Assembly (NCBI GenBank): GCA_965215885.1
Contig: CBDCEW010000100.1
Location: 139,569 to 203,568, forward strand
Direction: 5' to 3'
Origin: Candidatus Moanibacter sp.
GTDB lineage: Bacteria; Verrucomicrobiota; Verrucomicrobiia; Opitutales; UBA2987
DNA: 64,000 nt
Shown: positions 30,717-41,192 of the stretch, one piece after another
How positions within the stretch are numbered: the stretch's first letter is position 1
How the letters are laid out: each line of letters opens with the position of its first letter
The notes under the pieces: generated by a model
What the model saw: only the letters and a program-made list of their open reading frames with translations
Told to the model about the DNA's origin: nothing
The model's database searches: none
Position numbers and translations under genes: made by a program

Positions 30717-32168
30717 ATGAACGTTGTATTCATACTGAGCGATGCCCATAAGAGCGAATACTGCGGATGCTATGGACACAAGACGGTGCGGACGCCGAAT
30801 ATCGATCGACTGGCGAACGAGGGAGCGCGTTTCACCAGGGCCTATTGCGTGAGCCCGATTTGTTCGCCGACGCGAAGCGCGATCTACACCGGGCGGTTTG
30901 TGCATGAAATTGGGATCTGGGACAACACTGTGGGTTACGACGGCGTTCCTGAAGGGTGGGGGCATATTTTCGAGAAGAATGGGGTGCATTTTACGAGTGT
31001 CGGCAAGCTCGACTTCAAGCGAGGTGCGCCCCACGGAATCAGCGAAGCGATTTTGCCTTCTTATAGGGACAATCTCGACGTCCATGCGCTCTACCGGGAA
31101 GCGGAGATATTGCCCCGGCGCGATTTGCTCCGGAAACATAAGGGGACCGGGCCGGATGATACTCTCCAAAACTATGCAGATGACGATAAAGTCGCGGCCG
31201 CGGCTGTTCGCTGGTTGAAGGAGGGGCGTCCCCGAGACAGGCCCTGGGTATTGTACGTCAACTTCAACGACATGCACCGGCCCTGGAAGCCGCCGCAAGA
31301 AATCTGGAACGCTTATGCACGCGAGGTGAATCTGGATGAAAGGGATGAGCGATTTCGGGAGGACCGAAGCAACCTTCATCCCTATAACAGAGACTACGCC
31401 GGCCACCATAATGATGGACTATTCGACGAGGAAGATTTGCGTAAAATGATGATTGGGTACCTCGGAACCGTGGAAATCTTGGACGGAAACGTCGGAAAAG
31501 TGCTCGCCGCCCTGGACGCAGAAAACCTTCGTGATGAGGTCCTCGTAGTTTATGGCACGGATCACGGTTATTCCCTGGGCGAGCATGGGCATTTCGAACA
31601 TGGATCGATCTACGAGGAATCGCTACGCGTTCCTCTGGTTTTCGCCGGGCCCGGTATTGAGGGGAACCAGGTCATATCGGAAGTTGTTTCGATGTTGGAC
31701 GTATTCCCGACGGTCTGCGATGCGACGGGCCACCAGAATCCGGAAGAAATGCGGGGGCGATCGCTGTTGGGCTTGCTTCGAGGGGAACGTGAAGAGGACC
31801 GGGGGGCGGTGGCTTTTTGCGAATACCATGCCTCCGGATATCCGAGCAGCATGTTCGCGGTTTGCGCTGACGAATTTAAGTATGTCCGGTGTGTCGGCGC
31901 CCGGCCCATGCTGTTCAATCTGAAAAAAGACCGGCACGAAATGCAGGATCTGGCAGCACATCAGCCCGAGAACAGAAAGGTTAACGCGAAAATGCAAGAA
32001 CTCGAGAATCTGCTCGCCGCCGTCTGTTCGCCGGAACTTGTGGATGCCCGGGCGAAGGCCGACCAACGGGCGAGGAAGGAGGAGTTGCGCCGCAGCGGGC
32101 GGCTATTCAAGGAACTTGCCAAGCGAAGATATGAGATGAATACGAAGAGACTGGTTTATGCCGAATAA
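30717..32168 (+). CDS. Sulfatase (choline-sulfatase-like, Cys-type)
   Basis: CSPTRS (CxPxR), TPNIDRLA, TDHG. Confidence 0.9.
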   Translation: MNVVFILSDAHKSEYCGCYGHKTVRTPNIDRLANEGARFTRAYCVSPICSPTRSAIYTGRFVHEIGIWDNTVGYDGVPEGWGHIFEKNGVHFTSVGKLDFKRGAPHGISEAILPSYRDNLDVHALYREAEILPRRDLLRKHKGTGPDDTLQNYADDDKVAAAAVRWLKEGRPRDRPWVLYVNFNDMHRPWKPPQEIWNAYAREVNLDERDERFREDRSNLHPYNRDYAGHHNDGLFDEEDLRKMMIGYLGTVEILDGNVGKVLAALDAENLRDEVLVVYGTDHGYSLGEHGHFEHGSIYEESLRVPLVFAGPGIEGNQVISEVVSMLDVFPTVCDATGHQNPEEMRGRSLLGLLRGEREEDRGAVAFCEYHASGYPSSMFAVCADEFKYVRCVGARPMLFNLKKDRHEMQDLAAHQPENRKVNAKMQELENLLAAVCSPELVDARAKADQRARKEELRRSGRLFKELAKRRYEMNTKRLVYAE

Positions 32169-32443
32169 GGGCAACCGGCGGCCACACAATTCATGGTGAG
32201 AGCCCCGGGGCAATTACTCTTTCGATAGTGCTTTTCAATATTCCCTCCGAGTGACGGGAAACAAACGCATCCGTGGGATCGTAAACGCCTTACCTTTTCC
32301 CGCCATCGGGTGCAACAATGGGGGGAATACGGCTGTACTATTTGCCTGCGGCGGGCGTTTAGCCGGGCGAGGAGAGCGGCCCAGTAGGTCTTCATGCAGG
32401 TGAATTTTCATGTCGTAGATCAGGACGGTAGGGTGTCCCAAAT

Positions 32444-33586
32444 TTATCGTGCGGAGTAAGGGTCGGCCGCGTCGCGCAATCCGTCCCCGAGAAAATTAAA
32501 CGCCAGTACCGTCACGATTATCATGACGACTGGCATCAAGTGCCAGGGATAGCTGGCCACGACCTCGAGGTTCAGGCAATCCTGCAGAAGGACGCCCCAG
32601 CTGACGATCGGCGGCCGCAACCCTAGACCGAGAAAGCTCAGGGTGGTCTCGCCAAGGATCATCGCGGGTACGCTGAGGGTCAGGGAGACGATGATGTGGC
32701 TGGTGAATCCGGGGAGTAGATGGCGAAACAGCACCCGGCCGTGCCCGGCCCCAATCAAGCGCGCCGCGACGGCGTAGTCTTCTTCCCTCAGGGAAAGTAT
32801 CTTCCCGCGCACAACCCTCGCCAGGCCAGTCCAGTTCAAAAGGCTGAGGACCACTGTAATCGCGAAATACACGCGCAGCGCGGACCATTCGCCCGGAACA
32901 ACCGCGCCCAGCGCGAGCCACAACGGGAGATGCGGGAAGGAGTTGACGATCTCGATAAAACGCTGGATCACGAGGTCTGTCCTTCCGCCGAGATACCCTG
33001 AGATGCCGCCGATCGTGATTCCGAGGAAAAACGTGATGGCGATGGAAAAGAGCCCGATCGAAAGACTGATGCGGGAACCGTAAATCAAACGGCTGAAAAT
33101 ATCCCTGCCGTATCGGTCGGCTCCCAGCAGGTAATACGGAGCGGGAGTTTGGGCGTTGCCCGGGTCCGCGGTTCGCCGGGCGCCGAAAAAATGCCGCTCC
33201 ATGGGAATCAGCCCCCACAGACGGTAGGGTTCTCCGCGAACGAAAAATCCGAGCGAGGTCAATCTGGCCATGTCCGTCCGGTAGAATTTCCGAAGGGTCA
33301 CCCGGTCCGTTTCCTGTTCCAAAGCTGCCACATGGATCCCGTTGGCAAGGTCGAAGGCTGGGAACTGGGGAGGGCAGTAGGAGAAGCTCAGGTGTTTCCA
33401 GGTTTTCGGATAGGGTGCGAAGAACTCCGCAAAAGCGGCCACAAGGTAGAGCACCAGTATTAGAAAGAGGGAGATATGAGCTAATAAATGGCGCGCGAAG
33501 CGGATGCGGATGAGCTGCCATTGGGAGAGGGTAGCTTTTTCTAAAGCACCGGAATCCACTTCGATCCTTCCGGCTTCGATCATCAT
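32444..33586 (-). CDS. Peptide/nickel ABC permease (DppC/OppC), no partner genes nearby
   Basis: LGADRYGRDIFSR, EEDYAVAARLIGA, LSFLGLG, GDGLRDAADPY. Confidence 0.9.
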   Translation of the reverse strand: MMIEAGRIEVDSGALEKATLSQWQLIRIRFARHLLAHISLFLILVLYLVAAFAEFFAPYPKTWKHLSFSYCPPQFPAFDLANGIHVAALEQETDRVTLRKFYRTDMARLTSLGFFVRGEPYRLWGLIPMERHFFGARRTADPGNAQTPAPYYLLGADRYGRDIFSRLIYGSRISLSIGLFSIAITFFLGITIGGISGYLGGRTDLVIQRFIEIVNSFPHLPLWLALGAVVPGEWSALRVYFAITVVLSLLNWTGLARVVRGKILSLREEDYAVAARLIGAGHGRVLFRHLLPGFTSHIIVSLTLSVPAMILGETTLSFLGLGLRPPIVSWGVLLQDCLNLEVVASYPWHLMPVVMIIVTVLAFNFLGDGLRDAADPYSAR

Positions 33587-34054
33587 TTTCCAATAATCGG
33601 CTCAGGTTTTCCGCTTTCCAGGTTTCGGGCGGCCTGGACTATCATCAGTGTGGCCATCAAACCATCCATGGGGTTCGTTATCCGTTCAGGTTGCTTGAGA
33701 CAATTAATTGGACTGATTATTCTTCCGGGCTATCGTGGGAAGCCGGAACAAGAAAGACAACGATGAACCTCGAAGATGTCGAAAATGGTCTCGCCATTGG
33801 ATAACCGCAAAGTATTGATCGACCCCAGAAAACCCGAACACGATGTAATCTTCGCTACGTCAATTGATGGCATAAAGATGTCAAAGGTAATGGAAAAGGC
33901 GGAGTCGGAAATGGCTCGGTGGTTTGTGGCTTATTGACACTCTTGGAGCGCAATTGAGCTTACCACTTTGAGCAGTCACGAAAACTGATACCGATATCAG
34001 AAAGGCATAATAAAGGTTGAAAGCGTCACTGAATCGTGGTTAATTAGGCGGAAA

Positions 34055-34152
34055 TCGACGGGGAGTCTCACGCTTGGGGCTGAGAGCGGGAAGTGATCGT
34101 TCCCGATACCCTTTGAACCTGATCCGGATCATGCCGGCGGAGGGAAAGTCTC
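34055..34152 (+). promoter_or_regulatory. TPP riboswitch
   Basis: GGGGAG...CTGAGA...ACCCTTTGAACCTGATCCGGATCATGCCGGCGGAGGGAA matches the THI-box consensus. Confidence 0.93.
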
Positions 34153-34160
34153 GTGTTTTC

Positions 34161-36578
34161 ATGGTTATCCGCTCCTTCTGCCGGAGCGATCCGAAACCGG
34201 AGTCTACCACGAATACGAGAACGACCATCACCGACAGACGCGCGCTCCGCCTCTTAATGGCATACTTGCTCCTCGTCCATTGCGGAGAGCCCCTATTTGG
34301 TGATGAACCGATATCGGTTGAGATCACTGAACTTCAGGAATACGTCGTTAAAGGAGTCTCCGAGGAAAAGACGGTAAACCCCCTGGCAGGACCTGTCGGA
34401 TCCGTTTACGGAACCGATCAAAACATCCTCGGGATCCCGCGTGGTGTCAGTGTAATCACGCAAGCGCTAATCGAAGAGAGGAATGTTGATACTTTGGATG
34501 AAATCATCCCATTTACGCCGAGCGCGTTCGCGCCCAACAGCTATGGAAATGCCACCACGCCTACCATCCGCGGTGATGTTGCTGAGAATTATGTTAACGG
34601 GCAGCGTCGTAGCGGCAACGAATATGGAATCGATCTCAGCTTTAACGCGATTGAGTCGATCGACATTGTCCGCGGGCCCGGATCGGTCGTTTACGGCCCC
34701 GGTTTCGACAGCGGAGGATATGTCAATTTCGTTACCAAGCGTCCCAGCTTCGACGAAAAGACAACGACCGTGAAGATGCGTTTAGGAACGTGGATCCCGG
34801 GCGGGGATTCGTTCATCGACGGATTCGTCCGCATCGACCACAACCATCCCCTGATCCAGGACCGGCTCGCCCTCCGCCTGAGCTATGAGGGTCAGGAGAG
34901 TGAGACGCTCTACACCGCCAACGGCGGCCGCGAGGATTACCAGGATATCTATCTGGCGCTGAGCTGGAAGCCGAGCGAACGATTCTTGCTCGACTTTAAT
35001 GCACAGTATGTCTGGCAGGTGGCACCGCAGCACCTGGGCGCCAACCGCCCCTATGACGGGCTCACCCACGACGGTCTTTACCTCAATGGTGAAGCGATCG
35101 ATTTCAATGACGTCGCGGGTGATGGCTTTTCGCTTCGCACCACGGTAACCGGGACAACGCCGATCGAGAATGAGGACACGCTCCTTTCCCGCGGTGATTT
35201 CAGCAACGCTAATATCGTCTACGGCCAGCTCATTGCCCGTTGGCACGGGGATACGGATACAACGTTTATCAACCGAACGTTCGTTGAACACATCAACCGC
35301 CGTCGGCATCATGAATTTTCATATACGGAGTATGTCACCCAGTTCACCTTTGAAAATCGCACCGAATTGAACGCTTCACCGGATTGGTTTAATCGACGCC
35401 ACGAAATCGTCGGCGGGTTTACCGTCCGATACGAGGATCGGGAAGCCCACATGAATTACTTTAATTACTACCCGTTTACTTACGACATCACCGCAAACCG
35501 GAGCTTTCCGGCGGCGGCCCTTTTCGGACTCTTCGGCCAGCCGGGACCGGGAAATCGGTTGTTTTTCGGCGCCGAGGAGGGTATTCCCGAGACCACCGAT
35601 TCAAAAGTCTGGAATCCGGCCCTGTTCTGGCAGCACGAGATCGGATTAGGAGACAGTATTACGTTGCTTTACGGATTTCGCGGGAATGCCTATTTTGCCG
35701 ACGTCACCGACCCGCTCCCTCCCGCCGGCGGCACATCCCCATGGAATGATACGCACGATTTCTACAGCGCCGACTATAACATCAGCCTCAGCTTCCGGCC
35801 GGTCGAGACGTTGGCGCTTTACGGGACATTCAATCGGACCCACGCTCTCGACGGTAGTACCGGCGGTGGTGCTATCATGCTTTCGCTTTCCGATGGTAAG
35901 CTCGAGAAAGACGACTTCCGCGTCCGCAGCGAGCTCTGGGAAGTCGGCGTGCGCTTAAGTCTCCTCGGTAATCGACTTTACAGTTCCCTGACGGCCTTTC
36001 GTCAGGAGCGTTTCCGCTCGGAATTGGGCGGAGGTCGCAGCGGCATTCTTGTCCGCGGCGCCGAGCTGGAGGCGGTTTTTCAACCCGATGAGCGATTCTA
36101 TCTCCTCGCCAATCTTACCTATACGCAGGGTAATTATCTCAACGCATCGCCTTTCACTCTGGGTGGAGCGGATCTGAACAGCCTCTACGACGTAACGGTC
36201 GCACGGCCGGAAAGGTCCAATCTGATTGGACCGGACGGGCAGGTCGTTCCCGGAGATTATCGCATCACAGGGCTCTCGCGTTGGGTTTTCAAAGGTGGAA
36301 TGAGCTACCATCGGAAAAACGGATTGGGGTTCAATCTGTGGGGCGATGTGCGCTCTCCTCAGAATGGGAATATCCTAGCACAGTACACTATACCGACTCA
36401 GTTTACCTTGAACGCATCCATTATCTATCGCAGGCCGGGATGGGAAGCGACCGTAAGCTTTCTCAATTTCACCAACGAAACCAACTGGATTCATAACGGC
36501 GACGACTTCGGCAGCGTAGCTTTCATAGGGCGTGAACTGCCGTTTCGTGTGGACCTGCACCTGAAGTATTATTTCTGA
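34161..36578 (+). CDS. TonB-dependent receptor, probably for thiamine or a precursor
   Basis: Plug domain IRG...ESIDIVRGPGSVVYG, terminal F; directly downstream of the TPP riboswitch. Start at ATG 34161 or 34258. Confidence 0.88.
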   Translation: MVIRSFCRSDPKPESTTNTRTTITDRRALRLLMAYLLLVHCGEPLFGDEPISVEITELQEYVVKGVSEEKTVNPLAGPVGSVYGTDQNILGIPRGVSVITQALIEERNVDTLDEIIPFTPSAFAPNSYGNATTPTIRGDVAENYVNGQRRSGNEYGIDLSFNAIESIDIVRGPGSVVYGPGFDSGGYVNFVTKRPSFDEKTTTVKMRLGTWIPGGDSFIDGFVRIDHNHPLIQDRLALRLSYEGQESETLYTANGGREDYQDIYLALSWKPSERFLLDFNAQYVWQVAPQHLGANRPYDGLTHDGLYLNGEAIDFNDVAGDGFSLRTTVTGTTPIENEDTLLSRGDFSNANIVYGQLIARWHGDTDTTFINRTFVEHINRRRHHEFSYTEYVTQFTFENRTELNASPDWFNRRHEIVGGFTVRYEDREAHMNYFNYYPFTYDITANRSFPAAALFGLFGQPGPGNRLFFGAEEGIPETTDSKVWNPALFWQHEIGLGDSITLLYGFRGNAYFADVTDPLPPAGGTSPWNDTHDFYSADYNISLSFRPVETLALYGTFNRTHALDGSTGGGAIMLSLSDGKLEKDDFRVRSELWEVGVRLSLLGNRLYSSLTAFRQERFRSELGGGRSGILVRGAELEAVFQPDERFYLLANLTYTQGNYLNASPFTLGGADLNSLYDVTVARPERSNLIGPDGQVVPGDYRITGLSRWVFKGGMSYHRKNGLGFNLWGDVRSPQNGNILAQYTIPTQFTLNASIIYRRPGWEATVSFLNFTNETNWIHNGDDFGSVAFIGRELPFRVDLHLKYYF

Positions 36579-36587
36579 GATTAACTA

Positions 36588-38505
36588 GACCCCATTCGAA
36601 AAGCCTTTCGAGCGGACGGTTTCAGGTTTTCCGCCACAGGCGGACCAGCCTATGGCTGGCAGGCGTCGGGATTCAGGCTGCCGACGCTGCCGATGAGCAG
36701 GTATAGAGCGGCCATCGGCGTGGCTTGCTGCACAATACGCATATTTGCCGCTGTTTGGAGGCATACTCATCCCGTGGTGCTTTTTTCTCCGAGCTGCAAA
36801 GCGGTCAGATTCAGGCCGCCTGTTCCAGTTCCTCCCGTCGTCGTTTCTTCATCAGTATGATGCGGCAGAAGTTGTAGGCCAGAACCTTCTCGAGCAGTTC
36901 ATCGCCTACCGCATCGATGCCGCGGCGGCCGAGTTCGCCAAAGGCAAATCCATCTTTAATCGTGAACATCAGCGACTCCACTGCGGAGCGATTGCGGCGT
37001 GCCTCGCGATACGCCTCGCTCTCCCGGTCCTCGGGGGTGGTCAACTTCTTGCCCTTCGCCCCACTGATACTGATCTGCTTTACCCCCATGCCCAGCACCT
37101 CCTTGCGCCCCTTCGCCGAAGCATATCCGTCATCGGTGCTGATCAGTTCAGCAATGACACCGGTGCGCTTGATCGAATCGCCGATGGCCGGCGCCAGCTC
37201 AATGGAGTCTGCCGCATTGCCTTGCGGTACGATCAGGCTGGTGACAAAACCGTTTTCGCTGCGAACCAGTTGTGGCTTGTACCCGATGACTGGATTGCGG
37301 CTGCCCTTCTTGATGTAGGCCGCCGATCCGTCCGACAGGCTCAGGACCTTCTGCGTGGACGGTAGCTTCTTTTCGTGAAACACCCGATCATGAGCATACT
37401 CAACAACCCGCTTGGCGTCGGCAATATCGCGCCTGATCTGGCTCAATACCCGCTTCAGAAGCTCCCGGCGAGTGGGAGGCAGTGAATCCATCGACAGGCC
37501 CTCTTCAAGATGGCTCAGTTCCCCCGTTAGTGAGTCGGCCGCCTTGCGGCCCCGCTTGAGCAACCGCCGGTAGTGTTTCTTCAGCTTGCCCTTCGACTTC
37601 GGTTTGCCCGCGGCCAGACAAATCTGAAACTCCAGCTTGTCCATCTCCTGCAGCCAACGCCCAACCCATCCCTTGCGAAAATCCTCCAGCCCGAATATAT
37701 GCAACTTCTGACCCAAACGATTGGCCCGCATCAAAAGACCGGTCAGAATCCTCCCATCGGTGGGCCAGCAGCTATTTGCTTTCACCGAGGTGCTGTCGAT
37801 CGTCAGCTTCCCGAAATCGTCCCATTGCTCCTGGAGGATAAACCCAATCTGTTTATCAAAGATCAGCTCGCGGGTCCTATGGCTGACCAGGTTCACGTTC
37901 TCCAGAATCGTCGTCACCGCCGGCATCCTCAGTCCCCGCCTCTGAAGAAATCCGTACAAGCTCATCGACTCGCGCAGAAACCGCCGTGCCGGTTTCGTGG
38001 TCAACGAACCGAGAAACCCACGAATCATCACGAACACGTATACCGCATAAGCCGGCATCCGCGGCCGGCCTACCGCAAGATTCAATTCAGCAGCCAGAAT
38101 ATTCTCCTCCTCGATGTCCAGCTCCGGCAGGTCCGCTGTGCGCCCTTCAAAGAACCTTCGATCTTCCAATCGAAGTTTCTTCTTCTCACGCGCATGGGCG
38201 TCCAGATCCTTCTCGATCGCCTCGATGATTTGCGCCGCGAACCCGGCCAATTCTTCAACTTCATCCAGAAAATCACGAAAATCCGTGTCTGGAACCGGCA
38301 GAATGAGGTTGCTAAGGGGCGTCTTGTCGCTTTTGTTCTCCTCTGTCGCACATGTTGGCATGTTTAACTCATTTCTTAATCTTAAGTTGTTAAACACTAG
38401 TATGTTACGATACTTTTTATCAAGCCGAAAAACTGATTTTTCTCAAGTTTTTCTTGCGCCTTTTGCGCCTCTTTGCGGCCAATCAGTAGCTTTTCGGATA
38501 AGGTC
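36588..38505 (-). mobile_element. DDE insertion sequence, copy 2 (diverged isoform)
   Basis: Same IRs as copy 1. Direct repeat TAACTA at 36582-36587 and 38506-38511. Confidence 0.92.
36811..38361 (-). CDS. DDE transposase
   Basis: Near-identical protein to 26327-27877. Confidence 0.9.
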   Translation of the reverse strand: MPTCATEENKSDKTPLSNLILPVPDTDFRDFLDEVEELAGFAAQIIEAIEKDLDAHAREKKKLRLEDRRFFEGRTADLPELDIEEENILAAELNLAVGRPRMPAYAVYVFVMIRGFLGSLTTKPARRFLRESMSLYGFLQRRGLRMPAVTTILENVNLVSHRTRELIFDKQIGFILQEQWDDFGKLTIDSTSVKANSCWPTDGRILTGLLMRANRLGQKLHIFGLEDFRKGWVGRWLQEMDKLEFQICLAAGKPKSKGKLKKHYRRLLKRGRKAADSLTGELSHLEEGLSMDSLPPTRRELLKRVLSQIRRDIADAKRVVEYAHDRVFHEKKLPSTQKVLSLSDGSAAYIKKGSRNPVIGYKPQLVRSENGFVTSLIVPQGNAADSIELAPAIGDSIKRTGVIAELISTDDGYASAKGRKEVLGMGVKQISISGAKGKKLTTPEDRESEAYREARRNRSAVESLMFTIKDGFAFGELGRRGIDAVGDELLEKVLAYNFCRIILMKKRRREELEQAA

Positions 38506-38529
38506 TAACTAGCGAATGGGCAAGATGGA

Positions 38530-39549
38530 TCATTCCAAAATCAATTCGTGAATATTCTCGTCGGCGGCTCTTTGAATCATCAACGCCAGACGAGAGGCCG
38601 TCAGCACTGATGTTGTATTGAGATCGTCGGTTCTTGATTCGCCCCGGATATCCGCTAGAAAAGCTTCGAGATAGGTTCCTTCCATCCGTTCAGGCAACGG
38701 CAATTCGTTGATCTTCTCATCATCCTTGAGGAGCAGAGACATACCCTTGCTGTTCTGGGAAGTCTCCAGAATGCCCTTCTCACCAAAGTATGTCATTCGC
38801 CAATAATAGGGAGACTCATAGGCCATCCCATCGACTGCGAAGTATGAAACGTCGCCGAGCACGCCGGCGCCGTTTTCCATCGTGAGCAGCATTTGACCGG
38901 CGTCCTCGAAGTGCGGATATTCCTTTGCGAATGCGTTCCAGCAACGCGCCGCGTTGACCCTGTCGAAATTCAACCCCGTTACCCAGGGAATGGTGTCCGC
39001 TGCATGGATAACGATGTCGTTGATTGTACCCCCATGAAGACCGGGTTCAAAATACCAGCCCGGACGAGTCCCAAGTAGCAGTGGATGTTGCCCGTTGAAA
39101 TGAATTGCATGAATCTCTCCCAATTCTCCATCCAGAATCAGTCTTCTCGTGCCGATTGTGCTGGGCAAATCTCTCCTTGTCAGCATACATCCCACACTCA
39201 GTTCATTGTCAGTGGCCAGACGTTCAATCTCTTCCAATTCGGCCAGACTGGTACAGATTGGCTTATCCGATAGGACATGTTTTCCCGCTTTCAGCGCGGA
39301 AATCGCCCTTCCTCCACGCAACCCGAATGCATCCCCTATGGCAACGACGTCACAATCCGCCGATTCGAGTAGTGCATCGCAGCTATCGTGAGTGAATCTC
39401 ACGCCGTTTCGTTCGGCATGTTTTCTGGCTTCGGGCTCTTCTTCCCATGAAGCGCACACCACTGTTTCCTCATGCTTCATGCACAATTCATAAAGTGAGA
39501 GAATGTGAAAATGGCGAAATCCGAGAAATCCGAATTTGATCTTATTCAT
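38530..39549 (-). CDS. Gfo/Idh/MocA oxidoreductase
   Basis: GKHVLSDKP, HGGTINDIVIH. Confidence 0.88.
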   Translation of the reverse strand: MNKIKFGFLGFRHFHILSLYELCMKHEETVVCASWEEEPEARKHAERNGVRFTHDSCDALLESADCDVVAIGDAFGLRGGRAISALKAGKHVLSDKPICTSLAELEEIERLATDNELSVGCMLTRRDLPSTIGTRRLILDGELGEIHAIHFNGQHPLLLGTRPGWYFEPGLHGGTINDIVIHAADTIPWVTGLNFDRVNAARCWNAFAKEYPHFEDAGQMLLTMENGAGVLGDVSYFAVDGMAYESPYYWRMTYFGEKGILETSQNSKGMSLLLKDDEKINELPLPERMEGTYLEAFLADIRGESRTDDLNTTSVLTASRLALMIQRAADENIHELILE

Positions 39550-39607
39550 TATATGAACCTGTTAGCTGGAGCTCCCACATACATCATCGTTTTTACGAAT
39601 TCGAGTA

Positions 39608-41080
39608 CTAGGACTGGAACAAAATTGGCGAGGTCCAGGCGATTTGTCCGTTTTTCTGCTGCGCCTTGACGATATAGGAGTCGCGTTCACCGGGATGGGC
39701 GTCCTTCCATTGTTTGCGAAAACGCAAGCATCCTTTATTGAGAGCCCGACCCAATCGAATTTTGGGCGATGAGAATCTGTCCAGCGGCATTCCCCATATG
39801 TCGTCCACGATCAGTTGTTCGAGAGTTCCTCTTACAATACACCCACCTGATTCGCTGTCCGTCGCGGCTTTGGCTTGGCATTTGATTGTGGTGTCTCCTG
39901 ACCCCTTGAATTCGATGATCATCCCATTGACGGGACGGGGATTTTGACGGCTCGTGTGCGACGTTACGCGCACTCGGCGATCCGATTCCTGAGCAAAACT
40001 GTTATATAGCTCCGAAGAGGCGGCGCCTCCCCCGAAGCAGGGTGAGATCTTTTCGATTTCACCTTCCTTCACATCCACTAACAGCTCCCAGTTCGTAATC
40101 TCGGAACTTCCCAACCTGTCCCATCCCCATTCGAGTCGGGTAAGATAGCCTTCTTCGGCCAATCTATCCGTGCGGATATCGCCCGGCCACATCGCGACTG
40201 TAAGTCCGTTCTTTATTATTTGGACGTGTTCGAGCGGAGCGAGTGGTTTAACATCAATCTCAAGGATTCGAGGATCGCCGGCGCTCAGAATATCTCCCAT
40301 TGTCGCTCCAAGTGAAGAGACTGATAATTCGATTCTATCACCAGTGACTGCGTAGGTATTTCTCTTGTGAAGGGCCTCGATCACGGACTCTCGTGTAAGA
40401 CGTTCCGCCAGCACCGCGGTGAGTCCTTGTCCATAGTGGCCGGGATAGCCGTCATGATTGTCCGTCCCCGCGGTGAATCCGAAATGAAGACCCTTCCGAA
40501 GCTGTTCCAAGACTGTCTGTGAGATGGTGCTTCCGCCCATGGAATGCCCCAGCATGGGGTAGGAGGTTTCGCCTTCCAGGGAGTTTCCGTGTTCGCTGAA
40601 AATCTCGACAAGGGGCGAGAATTCAGCGGTGAACTCTTGCGAGTTCAGACCTCTCCAACCTTGGCGATAGGCGACATGGTGAGGTATCAAGATAGCTTCG
40701 TTATCTGAAGCGAATTTCCTCAGCGCCTCTATATCATCCGCGGGATACAGAGCGCCGTCGTCGCCGGGAAAGAGGACGACGTAGTCACCCCACGTAACGG
40801 AGTGCCATTCGAAGGCGATAAAGGGTACAAACTCGCCCGGGATATAGTGATCATTGGCAAATCGCTTCAGTTCATGAAATCGCTCTCTTACCCGCGCGAA
40901 TCCCTTTTCATGATATGCAATCAATTGGGCGTCTCGTCCGGGAGGATCGGGCCAGTGCCCATGGGCACTCAATGCGTAGATATCGAGCGTGTTGGTTGCT
41001 ATCTCATAGGAGCGTTCCAAAGAGCCTTTACCATATCCGATCTCGTTGTGGTTGTGGATATCTGCCCAGTAGATTTTCAC
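39608..41080 (-). CDS. DUF3604/PHP-like metallo-hydrolase domain protein
   Basis: YWADIHNH, IPHH, VEIFSEHG, GTDNHDG, YAVTGDRI, AWTSPI. Confidence 0.75.
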   Translation of the reverse strand: MKIYWADIHNHNEIGYGKGSLERSYEIATNTLDIYALSAHGHWPDPPGRDAQLIAYHEKGFARVRERFHELKRFANDHYIPGEFVPFIAFEWHSVTWGDYVVLFPGDDGALYPADDIEALRKFASDNEAILIPHHVAYRQGWRGLNSQEFTAEFSPLVEIFSEHGNSLEGETSYPMLGHSMGGSTISQTVLEQLRKGLHFGFTAGTDNHDGYPGHYGQGLTAVLAERLTRESVIEALHKRNTYAVTGDRIELSVSSLGATMGDILSAGDPRILEIDVKPLAPLEHVQIIKNGLTVAMWPGDIRTDRLAEEGYLTRLEWGWDRLGSSEITNWELLVDVKEGEIEKISPCFGGGAASSELYNSFAQESDRRVRVTSHTSRQNPRPVNGMIIEFKGSGDTTIKCQAKAATDSESGGCIVRGTLEQLIVDDIWGMPLDRFSSPKIRLGRALNKGCLRFRKQWKDAHPGERDSYIVKAQQKNGQIAWTSPILFQS

Positions 41081-41192
41081 CTTGATCTATATGCTGTTCA
41101 GGTTTGGATGAAGAGAAGACTGGAACGTTCACAGACGGCAGCGGCAAATACAAAATGATCGATCTTTCACAAAACCCGGAATCTGACAGCAT

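Noticed and set aside
32496..33593. 365-aa ORF overlapping the permease, and similar long alternate-frame ORFs in the transposases and sulfatases
   Set aside because: No recognisable motifs; expected shadow ORFs in GC-rich coding DNA.
34074..34160. ORF-track N-terminus of the TonB receptor
   Set aside because: Overlaps the TPP aptamer; the true start is downstream.
26184..38505. Composite transposon formed by inverted IS copies 1 and 2
   Set aside because: Each copy has its own matched 6-bp duplication (TAAATA versus TAACTA), which indicates independent insertions.
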